Positions 1 to 11,895 of a stretch of DNA of 58,410 bases are shown here, piece by piece. The DNA comes from Patescibacteria group bacterium. GTDB lineage: Bacteria; Patescibacteriota; Patescibacteriia; UBA9570. A program made the position numbers and the translations under genes. Position 1 is the first letter of the stretch. Every line of letters starts with the position of its first letter. Location of the stretch: NCBI GenBank assembly GCA_024277435.1, contig JAJRVJ010000015.1, positions 1-58,410 of the forward strand. The letters run 5' to 3'. The notes under the pieces were generated by a model. The model searched no databases and had not been told where the DNA came from. It saw nothing but the letters and a program-made list of their open reading frames with translations.

Positions 1-139
1 CCTTTTACCGATTGCAGTGATCCATTCAGGCATCTGAATGGAAAATGTTCCATGGAACTGAGTATGAAAAAACAGGCTACATGGTCTGAGGTATTAGATT
101 TAATCTATTAAAAAACGCGCCAGATATGGAACGGTGACG
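1..139 (+). mobile_element. End of a probable IS element: transposase C-terminus (1-111) plus terminal sequence, truncated by contig start
   Basis: 2-139 is the exact reverse complement of 58273-58410. Frame 1 is open from base 1 (PFTDCSDPFRHLNGKCSMELSMKKQATWSEVLDLIY*, TAA 109-111) and resembles DDE transposase C-termini as I recall them from CPR genomes. The terminus read inward (GTCACCGTTCCATA) matches the IS26/IS6 inverted repeat GGCACTGTTGCAAA at 10/14. Confidence 0.65.
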
Positions 140-466
140 TTATTCGCCGCCCGTGATGAGCATGATCGGCTCACCGGAGGGGGTCTTGATCAGCACGCCC
201 ACCGGATCGGGCTGTGGGGGTAGTGAGCGCACCCCGCTCTTCCAGGTAATCTTCTCTGCCGGGTTGGCAGAGATTATGGTCATCAGTTCCTCCCCAGAGG
301 GGCTGATGATGTCGAATCTCCCCATGGGGTAGATTGTCCACTTGTCGACGCGGATCGACGAGTGGGGGTTGAACTGGGGCTTATGCCTCCGGGAGCCTGT
401 CAGTATCTGCCAGCGCTGGTTGCAGCACCGAGCAACCGGGTGTTCGGTACGTTTCTTTGTGGGCAT
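140..466 (-). CDS. GC-rich orphan protein, 108 aa (cassette A)
   Basis: SD AAGGAG (474-479) before ATG at 466. Internal repeat FDIISPSGEELMTII / VLIKTPSGEPIMLIT. Stop codon abuts the IS end. Confidence 0.6.
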   Translation of the reverse strand: MPTKKRTEHPVARCCNQRWQILTGSRRHKPQFNPHSSIRVDKWTIYPMGRFDIISPSGEELMTIISANPAEKITWKSGVRSLPPQPDPVGVLIKTPSGEPIMLITGGE

Positions 467-500
467 GGCCACACTCCTTTGCGCGTTAGCGCACTTGGGT

Positions 501-550
501 AAGATTGTAGAAAACAACTGTGTTGGATCACAATTAGTTTCTACAATCTT
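501..550 (-). other. Leader hairpin of cassette A
   Basis: Perfect 13-bp inverted repeat AAGATTGTAGAAA (501-513) / TTTCTACAATCTT (538-550). BoxA-like TGTTCTTTT lies upstream on the minus strand (589-581). Confidence 0.65.
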
Positions 551-811
551 TATTAACTTACTCAATTCCTCCTATAATATAAAAGAACAGTATTTGCCAG
601 CATATCTTTATTGAAAATTCAGTTTTGGTCAACCCACTATACACGCATCGTATTAATTAATAGCTAATATTAGCAAAATGTATCCTCCTTTTGTTTTTAA
701 AGGACTATTAAATCTATGTTTATTAATAGGTAAATAAATGGTGATTTAGTATTAAGTGACCAACTTGATTTAACATGTGTATAAGTGGTGTAAAACGGCG
801 CTGTTAGGATG

Positions 812-840
812 TTGACACTGTAAAGTAATGGTTGTAGTAT
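812..840 (+). promoter_or_regulatory. Sigma70-type promoter upstream of the 23S-5S operon
   Basis: TTGACA (812-817), 17-bp spacer, TAGTAT (835-840). Confidence 0.7.
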
Positions 841-954
841 TAGTAAGCTCTATATAAACAAGTCTAAATCTATCTACTGAAAAATAATGTTAAACCAGTT
901 AACCACTTATATAACTCAGATCGGCTGATCTCCCGCAATAATTTATGCTGGACT

Positions 955-976
955 GGCCGCTACCGCGGTCTTTTTT
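955..976 (+). terminator. Intrinsic terminator in the rRNA upstream region
   Basis: GGCCGC-TACC-GCGGTC followed by T6. Confidence 0.55.
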
Positions 977-1050
977 AATCACAGAGCAACCTCGTACATC
1001 CACACAATTTAGCAATACATATATATAAGGTGTAAATCGCCATATAGAAT

Positions 1051-1080
1051 GTGCTGCTAATAGCACTGAACTTTGAAAAT
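1051..1080 (+). promoter_or_regulatory. rRNA antitermination boxB hairpin + boxA
   Basis: GTGCT-GCTAAT-AGCAC hairpin followed by TGAACTTTGAAAAT, immediately before the 23S processing stem. Confidence 0.6.
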
Positions 1081-1176
1081 TAAATCTCAATTACGACATC
1101 AATCAATAGATCAACGACAACAATAAAAAAACATGTAATGTAACACCTTGGTGATCATGCTAATCCGATATTACAT

Positions 1177-4093
<2,917 letters not shown>

Positions 4094-4219
4094 TGTAGTA
4101 TCGCAGTAGCATTCATTCAAGGTGTTACTTTAGATGTTCTTTTTATTGAAAGTAGAAAGATTGATAGATTGTATGCTTGTAATTGAGTTTTAATTTGAAA
4201 TTAAGGAGAGTACCAATAT

Positions 4220-4323
4220 CCTGGTGATCCTTGCACACGGGCCACACCTGATCCCATCTCGAACTCAGAAGTTAAGCCGTGGAGCGCCGATGATACTTTA
4301 CGGGAAAGTAGGTCGTCGCCAGG
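4220..4323 (+). rRNA. rrf: 5S rRNA, short form (~104 nt)
   Basis: CCTGGTG...CACCTGATCCCATCTCGAACTCAGAAGTTAAG...AGTAGGTCGTCGCCAGG, with an extended terminal stem and T-tract after it. Confidence 0.95.
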
Positions 4324-4397
4324 GTATTGAGACTCTCTTTTTTTGTTGCCTAATTTTTTAGCTTGCTGACAAGAGTATTCATTGATACATTATCTAC

Positions 4398-5969
4398 ATG
4401 AGAAACCTCGTAGAAGTGATGCAAACAAAACGCTCTGTTCTACTACTATTCATATTAGTCATTGCCGGAAGTATATTGCGCATATACGGTATTGATTTTG
4501 GGTATCATATTGATGAACCAAATATTGTAGAGCGAGCTATCGCGATGGTAGGCGGTGAGATTTATCAACCATGGTATAACTGGCCAGCACAAACCCTCAT
4601 GTTTTTATATGCGGGGTTGTTTTGGATTGCAGAATTATTTACCGAAGTACCAAATTATTACATCATTGCCCGTGCAGTAAGTGTATTAGCAGGAGTAGCG
4701 AGTATTATTATGGTGTTCTTAATTGGAAAGACGATTGTAAAATCAGCACAGGCTGGTTTATGGGCAGCGTTATTTGTAGCGACAAGTCAGTTATTGGTTC
4801 GTCATTCACATTATGCAACTCCGGATGCAATGATGACGCTCCTATTATTAGTGCTGGTGTATTTTGCTATTCGCGCCTACCAAGAAAAAGATGCTAAAAA
4901 AATATTACGCTGGTACATGTGGTCGGGCATAATATTGGGCGTAGCCATCGCAACAAAATACACGGCCGCCATAGGGATAGTGCCGATACTTATTGTATTT
5001 ATTATTAAACATCGTAAATACTGGAACACATTATTTTGGGTTGGGTTATCAGCGTTTGTTGCACACTCTATTGTAAATCCATTTGCACTATTTGATTTAG
5101 ATCTTATTTTTCAGCAGTTAGTAGTGGAGGCTAATCCTAATCGGTTAGGCCAAGATTGGGCTGGGCAAAAGCATTTCATTAATAATTTGTATTACTATAT
5201 TTCAAACACACCAGAATGGATTGGTTCGCTTTTAAGTGTATTGGCGATTGGTGGAGGTATTGGTAGTGTTGTTCATGCTGTACGCAGCAAGAGTTGGGAA
5301 TATATAATAGTGCCAGGATTTTGGTTTGCATTTTTATTAGGAATATCTACCCTTGGCTTGCATTGGACACGGTGGGCGCTGCCAATGTTGCCATTAGTTG
5401 CAATTATGGCAGGAATCGCAATATGGAGATTACTTACTTTAATTTCCCAAGAACGCATACGTGTAATAATAGGTAGTATAAGTGGTGCAGTAATTATTGT
5501 TCCACAATTAGTAATTAGTATTGTATTTAGTTATTCAGATATTCAACCCTCTACCAGTGATCGAGCTTCTGAGTGGTTAATAAATAAACGGGAAGAACCT
5601 ATGCAGGTAATAGGTGATGTAGAGAATTTAGTATTATATGAACCATATACGTATAGGCCGCGCACAAACAAGTTGCATGAATTTACGTACGATGAATATA
5701 TTGAACAAGGGGTGGATTTTATTGTGCTAAGAAAGAAAGATCTAGTATTACGAAAAGATGAGCCAGAAAAATATGCCGATGAATTAATCTTCTTTGATGA
5801 GCTAGAAGAGCGTGGAAAAAAAGTACACTCAGAAACAAAGCCACAAAAAACTATTTTAAAAAATAAAACAGATTTAGCGGTGTACCGATGGTTATTTAAT
5901 CCAAAAAAACGAGCTCGTACATTTGATCTTTATCAAGGAGAGCCAATTGTTGTATATAAATTGAGGTAA
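4398..5969 (+). CDS. ArnT/PMT-like integral membrane glycosyltransferase (GT-C fold)
   Basis: Multi-TM protein with HIDE motif after TM1, HSHYATPD and ATKYT motifs. Confidence 0.85.
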   Translation: MRNLVEVMQTKRSVLLLFILVIAGSILRIYGIDFGYHIDEPNIVERAIAMVGGEIYQPWYNWPAQTLMFLYAGLFWIAELFTEVPNYYIIARAVSVLAGVASIIMVFLIGKTIVKSAQAGLWAALFVATSQLLVRHSHYATPDAMMTLLLLVLVYFAIRAYQEKDAKKILRWYMWSGIILGVAIATKYTAAIGIVPILIVFIIKHRKYWNTLFWVGLSAFVAHSIVNPFALFDLDLIFQQLVVEANPNRLGQDWAGQKHFINNLYYYISNTPEWIGSLLSVLAIGGGIGSVVHAVRSKSWEYIIVPGFWFAFLLGISTLGLHWTRWALPMLPLVAIMAGIAIWRLLTLISQERIRVIIGSISGAVIIVPQLVISIVFSYSDIQPSTSDRASEWLINKREEPMQVIGDVENLVLYEPYTYRPRTNKLHEFTYDEYIEQGVDFIVLRKKDLVLRKDEPEKYADELIFFDELEERGKKVHSETKPQKTILKNKTDLAVYRWLFNPKKRARTFDLYQGEPIVVYKLR

Positions 5970-5980
5970 TATTATCTCTT

Positions 5981-6691
5981 TTATCTCACCCGCTTATTTG
6001 CGTTTTTATACCAGGTGCGAAAATACATCATTGGGTAGTTATAGCGATCGCGCATTAAGGGTAGGAGTGCTAATAGCCATACTGCTATATGAAGTAGTGA
6101 TTGTGTAGTACTAGTATCAGTTAGTAGTAAAATAAACCCTGCTTTAAATAATCCTGCACTCCAAATAACTAAAGGTATTCCAAAAAGTAGTGCTGGAATA
6201 AATTCTGCATTGAAAAAAAATACTTTTGCCTTATCAATCACGGTTGGATTCTTGGGTAGCGTATCCATGAATGTAAGCGCTCCAGGAATAATCGCTCTGG
6301 CAATAATTAGCGATATACCTAAACCAAGTGATTGAGCAATTAGCTCTGTAAGGGCATACATGAATAGTGCAAATGCAATATCGTTAGTACCTAGAAATAA
6401 GAGGGTTATAGCAGCAATTTTTCCGGCTACTAGTTTAAGGCCATCTTTAGTATGAGTAGGAAATGTATATGCTAGAATGAACCCATTTACTGCTAATACC
6501 AATGTGCCAAGTATTCCCACAAATCCTAACATGCTACTAGCATCCCATAAGAAGCGATTAGAGATAGTATCAAGATAGTGTTCACCGAGTAGTAAGAAAA
6601 TTAAAAATACAATAGCAATATCAGCAAAAATATGGATAGTGAGAATGATTTTATTTTTTGTTGTACGATCTTCTTTTGATACTATTTTCAT
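5981..6691 (-). CDS. Hypothetical integral membrane protein
   Basis: 236-aa ORF with several hydrophobic segments; TGCTATACT 6 nt upstream of ATG. Confidence 0.75.
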   Translation of the reverse strand: MKIVSKEDRTTKNKIILTIHIFADIAIVFLIFLLLGEHYLDTISNRFLWDASSMLGFVGILGTLVLAVNGFILAYTFPTHTKDGLKLVAGKIAAITLLFLGTNDIAFALFMYALTELIAQSLGLGISLIIARAIIPGALTFMDTLPKNPTVIDKAKVFFFNAEFIPALLFGIPLVIWSAGLFKAGFILLLTDTSTTQSLLHIAVWLLALLPLMRDRYNYPMMYFRTWYKNANKRVR

Positions 6692-6766
6692 GTCGCTAGT
6701 ATAGCATTATTTGTTTATTACACTATAACTGATTATACTAATAGTATTAATATATTACATTGTAAT

Positions 6767-9373
6767 ATGCGAACAATCATTCTTACATCTATTATCGCTA
6801 CAGTAATCAGTTTGGTATTTCCGAGTTTGGCAGCAGCAGCTACTCTAGATACGGATTTAGAGCTTAATGCGCCGTATGACGACTCTAGCTACTTTGGTAG
6901 TCCAACCATGAATGTAGGTGATGTATCTGGAGATGGGATAGATGACTTAATGATTGGTGCCGCGGCCTTTGATGCGATTGGTGATGAAAATGGTGGTCCC
7001 GGCGCAGTGCACGTATACTATGGGCAAGATGGGGAGGAGTTAAGTGCATCTCCAGATTTAACTATTCTTGGAGAAAATGGTGGTGACGTGTTTGGTAGCT
7101 TAGTGCATTCATTTCCTGATGTATCTGGCGATGGTTTACCAGAGGTGATTGTTTCGGCGTATTATGCCGACACTGATGCCGATAGTCGTGGTGATGGAAG
7201 TAATCGTGGTAAAGTTTATTTTTTCACCAGTGAGAGTTTACAGGAAACATCAGAAGATAATATTTTTTCATTATCAGCATTATCAGATGGTTACCTCATG
7301 GGATATGAAGATGGTGATACGTTTGGAATTGACATTGAAGTGTATGAAGGAGAGAGCGATGCGTATTTAATGGTATCAGCTTCTAGTGCAGAGGATCAGA
7401 AAGGTGTAGTGTACTTTTTTAATAAAGATACTATTTCCGACATCATTAATAATGAAACCATTACTCTAGCAAAAGGTAGCGCAGATTTTAGCGTAGCCGG
7501 TGAAGAGGAGATGGATTTTTTTGGTTTAAATACCTTGGCCTGGACTGAAGGTGGTTACGTGGTGATGGCTTCAACGAGTTATGATAATGGTTCTGGTAGA
7601 GTATATTTCATGAAGGAATCAACGGTTGCGAATTATGTAGCTAATCCAGTATATGAATTCCCGGTGGTTTCATTGGCCGATGCTGTGATTACCGGTGCAG
7701 CTGAAAGTCAGTACTTTGGTTGGGTAAAGGCCGATGCTGGTAATGGTAGTATAGGTAGTGGACGATATCTTGCTCTTAGCGCGCCATATTATGATTCTAC
7801 AAATACTAATGATGGTAGGGTGTATATTTTTACAACAGCATTAATTGAAACTCTGGAAGAAGGTAGTGGCTTCGGAATAGCTGAAACGGATTCTATTATT
7901 GATTTATTGGGGGCTGGTGGTGAGAATGATCAATTTGGAATTCAAATGACGGGTGTAGGAACAGATTATTTTGCGATTGGTGAACGTGGGTATCATACAA
8001 ATGTTGGTGAAGTATATATGTTCGAAAATAGCACGCTCAATGCATTGGCAGATGATGACGACGCAAGTAGCCATGGAGCGCTTACCGAAGCTGATTTTAT
8101 AATGAATGGCGTTGGCGAAGAAAGCCATTTAGGATTGAATTTAGCGGAATTTGCCGAGGACTTGGACCAAGATGGTGTAAACGAAATTATTTTAGGCGCT
8201 CCTGGCAATACGCAATCAGGTAGTGAAACAGTTGGGCGAGCATTTGTAGTAAATTCTGGAAACTGGATGGGCTCTGCTGATCAAGTGAATTATACGGCGT
8301 TTACCGATCCGGTGTATCAAATGCAGGGTCAGCAAGACGGTGATGGGTTTGGCGGCATTCTTAACGGCCTAGGTGATTATGATGGAAATGGCGATATTGA
8401 TTTGTTAGTTGGGGCACTAAATTTTGATGACGATCGTGGTAAGGTGCACGCATTTTATAATCGTGAAGATGCTGATGGTGAGTACGAATATTTATTCTCA
8501 ATCGGTAAAAATAAGGGTAAGTATCAAGTGGATAATGTGGAAGAGCAAGCTGAAGGTGTGTCACTGAGCCTTAGTGCTAATATTTCTAATCAAAATAATT
8601 CCGTTCATACAGCATTGGGAGACGTTGATGGTGATGGAGATGTAGAGTTGTTGGTTACTTCAGCAAAAGAGAGTAAGTGTCATACTATTGAAGTGCGACA
8701 TTATAGTTCGAACAAAAAAGAAAAGTCCTTCAAAGTGTGTCATCCAAAAGAGCAGGCTACACGAGCGTATATTTCGGCTGGAGATTATTCTGGAAATGGG
8801 AAGGCAGAAATTGCTATAGCAATGCCAGATGGTGCAACTGGTACGTATGTGCAAATTCAGAAGCGCAAGAATAATGGTAAGTATAAAAAATTACGACGAG
8901 CCCGCCTACAAACCGGAATTGATTTTTCTGGCGGCGTATCGATATCTTCTGGTAATCTTTCGGAAACCAATAAAGAGCAGTTTGTGATAGCATCATTAAC
9001 GCGTAAGCAACAAGCCTTTGTATATAAATTAAACAATTCTTCGAAATTCAAACAGGTAAAGAAAAAGAAAGTGAATACTAAGAAGAAGGGCGTGTATGTA
9101 GCAATTGATAGTTCTACTAACACTTTGTATACGGTGCAGGTTGGTAAGAAAAAAGTACAAGCGTTTAGTTGGACTGGAAGTGGTTTGAAAAAGGATTCTA
9201 CTAAAACATTTACGGCTGGATTCAAGCCAAAAGGAATTGCGGCGGCGGGTGATGTTGTTGCGTTGGTAAAGAAGAATCAAAAATCTGTACGGTTTTATTA
9301 TCAAACAAATGGCATTCGAAATAAATCCTACAGCCAAAAAATTTGGAGCATAGATATAGTAGATAAGTACTAA
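6767..9373 (+). CDS. Secreted FG-GAP/integrin-alpha repeat protein with Lys-rich C-terminal domain
   Basis: Signal peptide; repeated GDvxGDGxxDllvGA / FG motifs; acidic N-terminal part and basic C-terminal ~290 aa. Confidence 0.85.
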   Translation: MRTIILTSIIATVISLVFPSLAAAATLDTDLELNAPYDDSSYFGSPTMNVGDVSGDGIDDLMIGAAAFDAIGDENGGPGAVHVYYGQDGEELSASPDLTILGENGGDVFGSLVHSFPDVSGDGLPEVIVSAYYADTDADSRGDGSNRGKVYFFTSESLQETSEDNIFSLSALSDGYLMGYEDGDTFGIDIEVYEGESDAYLMVSASSAEDQKGVVYFFNKDTISDIINNETITLAKGSADFSVAGEEEMDFFGLNTLAWTEGGYVVMASTSYDNGSGRVYFMKESTVANYVANPVYEFPVVSLADAVITGAAESQYFGWVKADAGNGSIGSGRYLALSAPYYDSTNTNDGRVYIFTTALIETLEEGSGFGIAETDSIIDLLGAGGENDQFGIQMTGVGTDYFAIGERGYHTNVGEVYMFENSTLNALADDDDASSHGALTEADFIMNGVGEESHLGLNLAEFAEDLDQDGVNEIILGAPGNTQSGSETVGRAFVVNSGNWMGSADQVNYTAFTDPVYQMQGQQDGDGFGGILNGLGDYDGNGDIDLLVGALNFDDDRGKVHAFYNREDADGEYEYLFSIGKNKGKYQVDNVEEQAEGVSLSLSANISNQNNSVHTALGDVDGDGDVELLVTSAKESKCHTIEVRHYSSNKKEKSFKVCHPKEQATRAYISAGDYSGNGKAEIAIAMPDGATGTYVQIQKRKNNGKYKKLRRARLQTGIDFSGGVSISSGNLSETNKEQFVIASLTRKQQAFVYKLNNSSKFKQVKKKKVNTKKKGVYVAIDSSTNTLYTVQVGKKKVQAFSWTGSGLKKDSTKTFTAGFKPKGIAAAGDVVALVKKNQKSVRFYYQTNGIRNKSYSQKIWSIDIVDKY

Positions 9374-9484
9374 TTACTTGGCTAATGTTAGTTATTTTTT
9401 AGTTGTTTAGCTAACTTTAGTGTTCATGGTATACGCGTAACTCATGCTAGACTATATTAATAACTATCATTGATTACATCTATT

Positions 9485-10663
9485 ATGAAACAATTTACTA
9501 TTGCTCTTATTACCGCGTTAGTTACTACAGTAGTTATTGTGGCGCTGGCTTTTACGTGGCTGCGATTTGATATTGCAACACTTACAAATACAGTAGAAGA
9601 ACTTGAAGCCAAGGTAGAAGCAGTGGAGGATATAACAAGTACCATTCCACAACGCAACCAAAGATTTGGACCGGGTGGAGAACGAGGCGATGGCCAACAA
9701 TCAGGTAATACTAATGTTCAACAGCCAAATACAAAGGACTCAGAACAACCAACGGGTGGCGGTGATATTTTACAACACGAGGTGTATGTAACGTCATCTG
9801 ATAATCCTGATAGCTTTGAAGATAGTGATGAAGTTGTATTTGAGAAAGCGTCTGTGCCCGAGGCAGTGTTACTTCATACAGATTCTGAAGCTGGCGATGT
9901 TGGTGATTTGCTAATGTACTTTCCAAGTTTTGAAAAATTCTCTGGCGCTGGTACGGAGAATATTGCGTACTCTCGATCTGCTGATAATGGAGAGACGTGG
10001 ACCACTCGCGCAATTATCACAATGACAGGAAAGGAAAATGCTGGAGCCCCAGTAGATCCATCGCTTGTGCAATTAGACGACGGCACCTTACGTATGTATT
10101 TTTTTGGCTCTGAGAATGTAGGCGCTGGCGCAGGGGGTCCTGCTGCACAAGAAGGTGCTCATGTAATATACTCTGCAGTTTCTTCTGATGGCGTGAATTG
10201 GGAGGTTGAAGAAGGTGAGCGCATTGCGCTGGAGGACATTACCGATCCGGAGGTAATTCAGCTTGATGACACGTGGATTATGTATTTATCGCAAGGTCAG
10301 AAATCATTAATCGCTACATCTACAGATGGTTTAAATTTTGAGCTTACGGAATCGGTATGGAATGGTGGTGGCGTACCTGGTGCATATGTAGACGCTGATA
10401 ATATTGTGCACATTTATGGGTGTAAACAGGGTATTAGTACAGCAACATCAACTGACGGTATTATATTTGAAGATTCTGCAACAGCTATTACAAGTTGGGG
10501 GTATGCTATTTGTGATCCATCGCCAGTATTGTTAGAGGATGGCACGGTGCTTATGGTTTATAAGAAAGTTGAGGTAGGTAATCCTAATACTCCAAACACA
10601 CCAAATGAGGTAACTCCAGAAGTAAAAGGTGAGGATATTCCCGACGCGCAAACTAGCGCATAA
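9485..10663 (+). CDS. Membrane-anchored beta-propeller (BNR/sialidase-like) protein
   Basis: N-terminal TM helix; Asp-box-like repeats (SADNGETW, SSDGVNW, STDGLNF); DPS/DPE motifs. Start moved to ATG 9485. Confidence 0.75.
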   Translation: MKQFTIALITALVTTVVIVALAFTWLRFDIATLTNTVEELEAKVEAVEDITSTIPQRNQRFGPGGERGDGQQSGNTNVQQPNTKDSEQPTGGGDILQHEVYVTSSDNPDSFEDSDEVVFEKASVPEAVLLHTDSEAGDVGDLLMYFPSFEKFSGAGTENIAYSRSADNGETWTTRAIITMTGKENAGAPVDPSLVQLDDGTLRMYFFGSENVGAGAGGPAAQEGAHVIYSAVSSDGVNWEVEEGERIALEDITDPEVIQLDDTWIMYLSQGQKSLIATSTDGLNFELTESVWNGGGVPGAYVDADNIVHIYGCKQGISTATSTDGIIFEDSATAITSWGYAICDPSPVLLEDGTVLMVYKKVEVGNPNTPNTPNEVTPEVKGEDIPDAQTSA

Positions 10664-10774
10664 ATAATCTGCTATACTGGCCTCACATCAACTAGATATG
10701 GGTGGGTGGGTCGCGGAATGCTACATAGCATTATCTGTGATCTGCCCTACGAAGAATTTTGTTATACTATATAT

Positions 10775-11185
10775 ATGGTTAGAGTAGTAATTTTTGATTT
10801 CTGGGGAGTAATATATAATCCACGTACAGGTAAGTGTATTTCAGGCTTATCTGAGTTCTTAGATGTATTAGATGCAAGAGATATACATTATGGCATTGCT
10901 TCCAGTAGCGGGCATAGTGAAATTGAAGATTTTTTGTACAATAATAATTTGGCAGATAGATTTACGGTAATAGTTGGCTATGATGACGTAAAAACAACTA
11001 AGCCTAATTCTGAATGTTATATAAAAGTAGCGAAGTATTTTGAGGTAGAGCCAGAAAGAGCACTTGTTATTGATGATTCGATTAGCCCAATAGAATCCGC
11101 AAAGTGCGCTGGGTTTCAGACCATATTATTTGGCGTTGAAGTGCAGGGATTTGACGATACCCGTCTACTAGATGTATTATCATAA
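10775..11185 (+). CDS. HAD-superfamily hydrolase (short)
   Basis: VIFDFWGV, KP and IDDS motifs. Start ATG 10775 is 6 nt after TATACT. Confidence 0.8.
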   Translation: MVRVVIFDFWGVIYNPRTGKCISGLSEFLDVLDARDIHYGIASSSGHSEIEDFLYNNNLADRFTVIVGYDDVKTTKPNSECYIKVAKYFEVEPERALVIDDSISPIESAKCAGFQTILFGVEVQGFDDTRLLDVLS

Positions 11186-11190
11186 TCGCA

Positions 11191-11895
11191 ATGAATCAAA
11201 CATTTTTACCTACAATACTACAGCAAGAATTTCATGGCGTTCTATTCGATTTAGACGGCACATTGTTAGATAGTGAAGAATTACACTTTGCAGCGTTTGA
11301 TGAGGCTATGAAAGAGTTTGGTTATGATTTTAAAAAAATGAGTGAGAAGATTTCCTACAAGGGCAGTTTTCGAAAGATGTTTGAAGAAATTGCGCAGAAT
11401 GAACATTTTGATGAGGAAAAATATCAAATGATTTATGCTCGAAAGATGGAAATCACTATCGCTACTCATGAGGCACATACCATTGATTTTGTAGATGGTG
11501 CGCTCGCATTTCTTGAATATCTTACCGAGATGAATGTTCCATTTGGTGTGGTAACAAATTCCGATCGACCATATGCAGAGCATGCACTAAGTTCACACGA
11601 TCTTACCGGTTACATGAAGACACTTATTACCTCAACAGATTTACAGCGCTTTAAGCCAGCACCTGATGGGTATTTGCAAGGAGCGCGTGATTTAGGTTTA
11701 GAGCCAGAGCAGGTACTTGTGTTTGAAAATACTGATACTGGTATTCAAGCAGGAAAAGATGCTGGCATGGCGGTAATTACAATTTATGGAACTGACGCAA
11801 AAGGATATAGTAATTACGAAAAGGCCGATTTAGTTATTGATAACTTTGGAGACGCAAACTTAAACGATATCAAATTTTTCAGCACGGATGTCTGA
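11191..11895 (+). CDS. HAD family phosphatase (beta-PGM/CbbY-like)
   Basis: FDLDGTLLDSE, KPAPDGY, FEN motifs. Confidence 0.9.
   Translation: MNQTFLPTILQQEFHGVLFDLDGTLLDSEELHFAAFDEAMKEFGYDFKKMSEKISYKGSFRKMFEEIAQNEHFDEEKYQMIYARKMEITIATHEAHTIDFVDGALAFLEYLTEMNVPFGVVTNSDRPYAEHALSSHDLTGYMKTLITSTDLQRFKPAPDGYLQGARDLGLEPEQVLVFENTDTGIQAGKDAGMAVITIYGTDAKGYSNYEKADLVIDNFGDANLNDIKFFSTDV

Noticed and set aside
116-139. GCGCCAGATATGG resembles a group II intron 5' end
   Set aside because: No GTGCG start; the shared sequence ends about 20 nt later; no domain V/VI or reverse transcriptase in the window.
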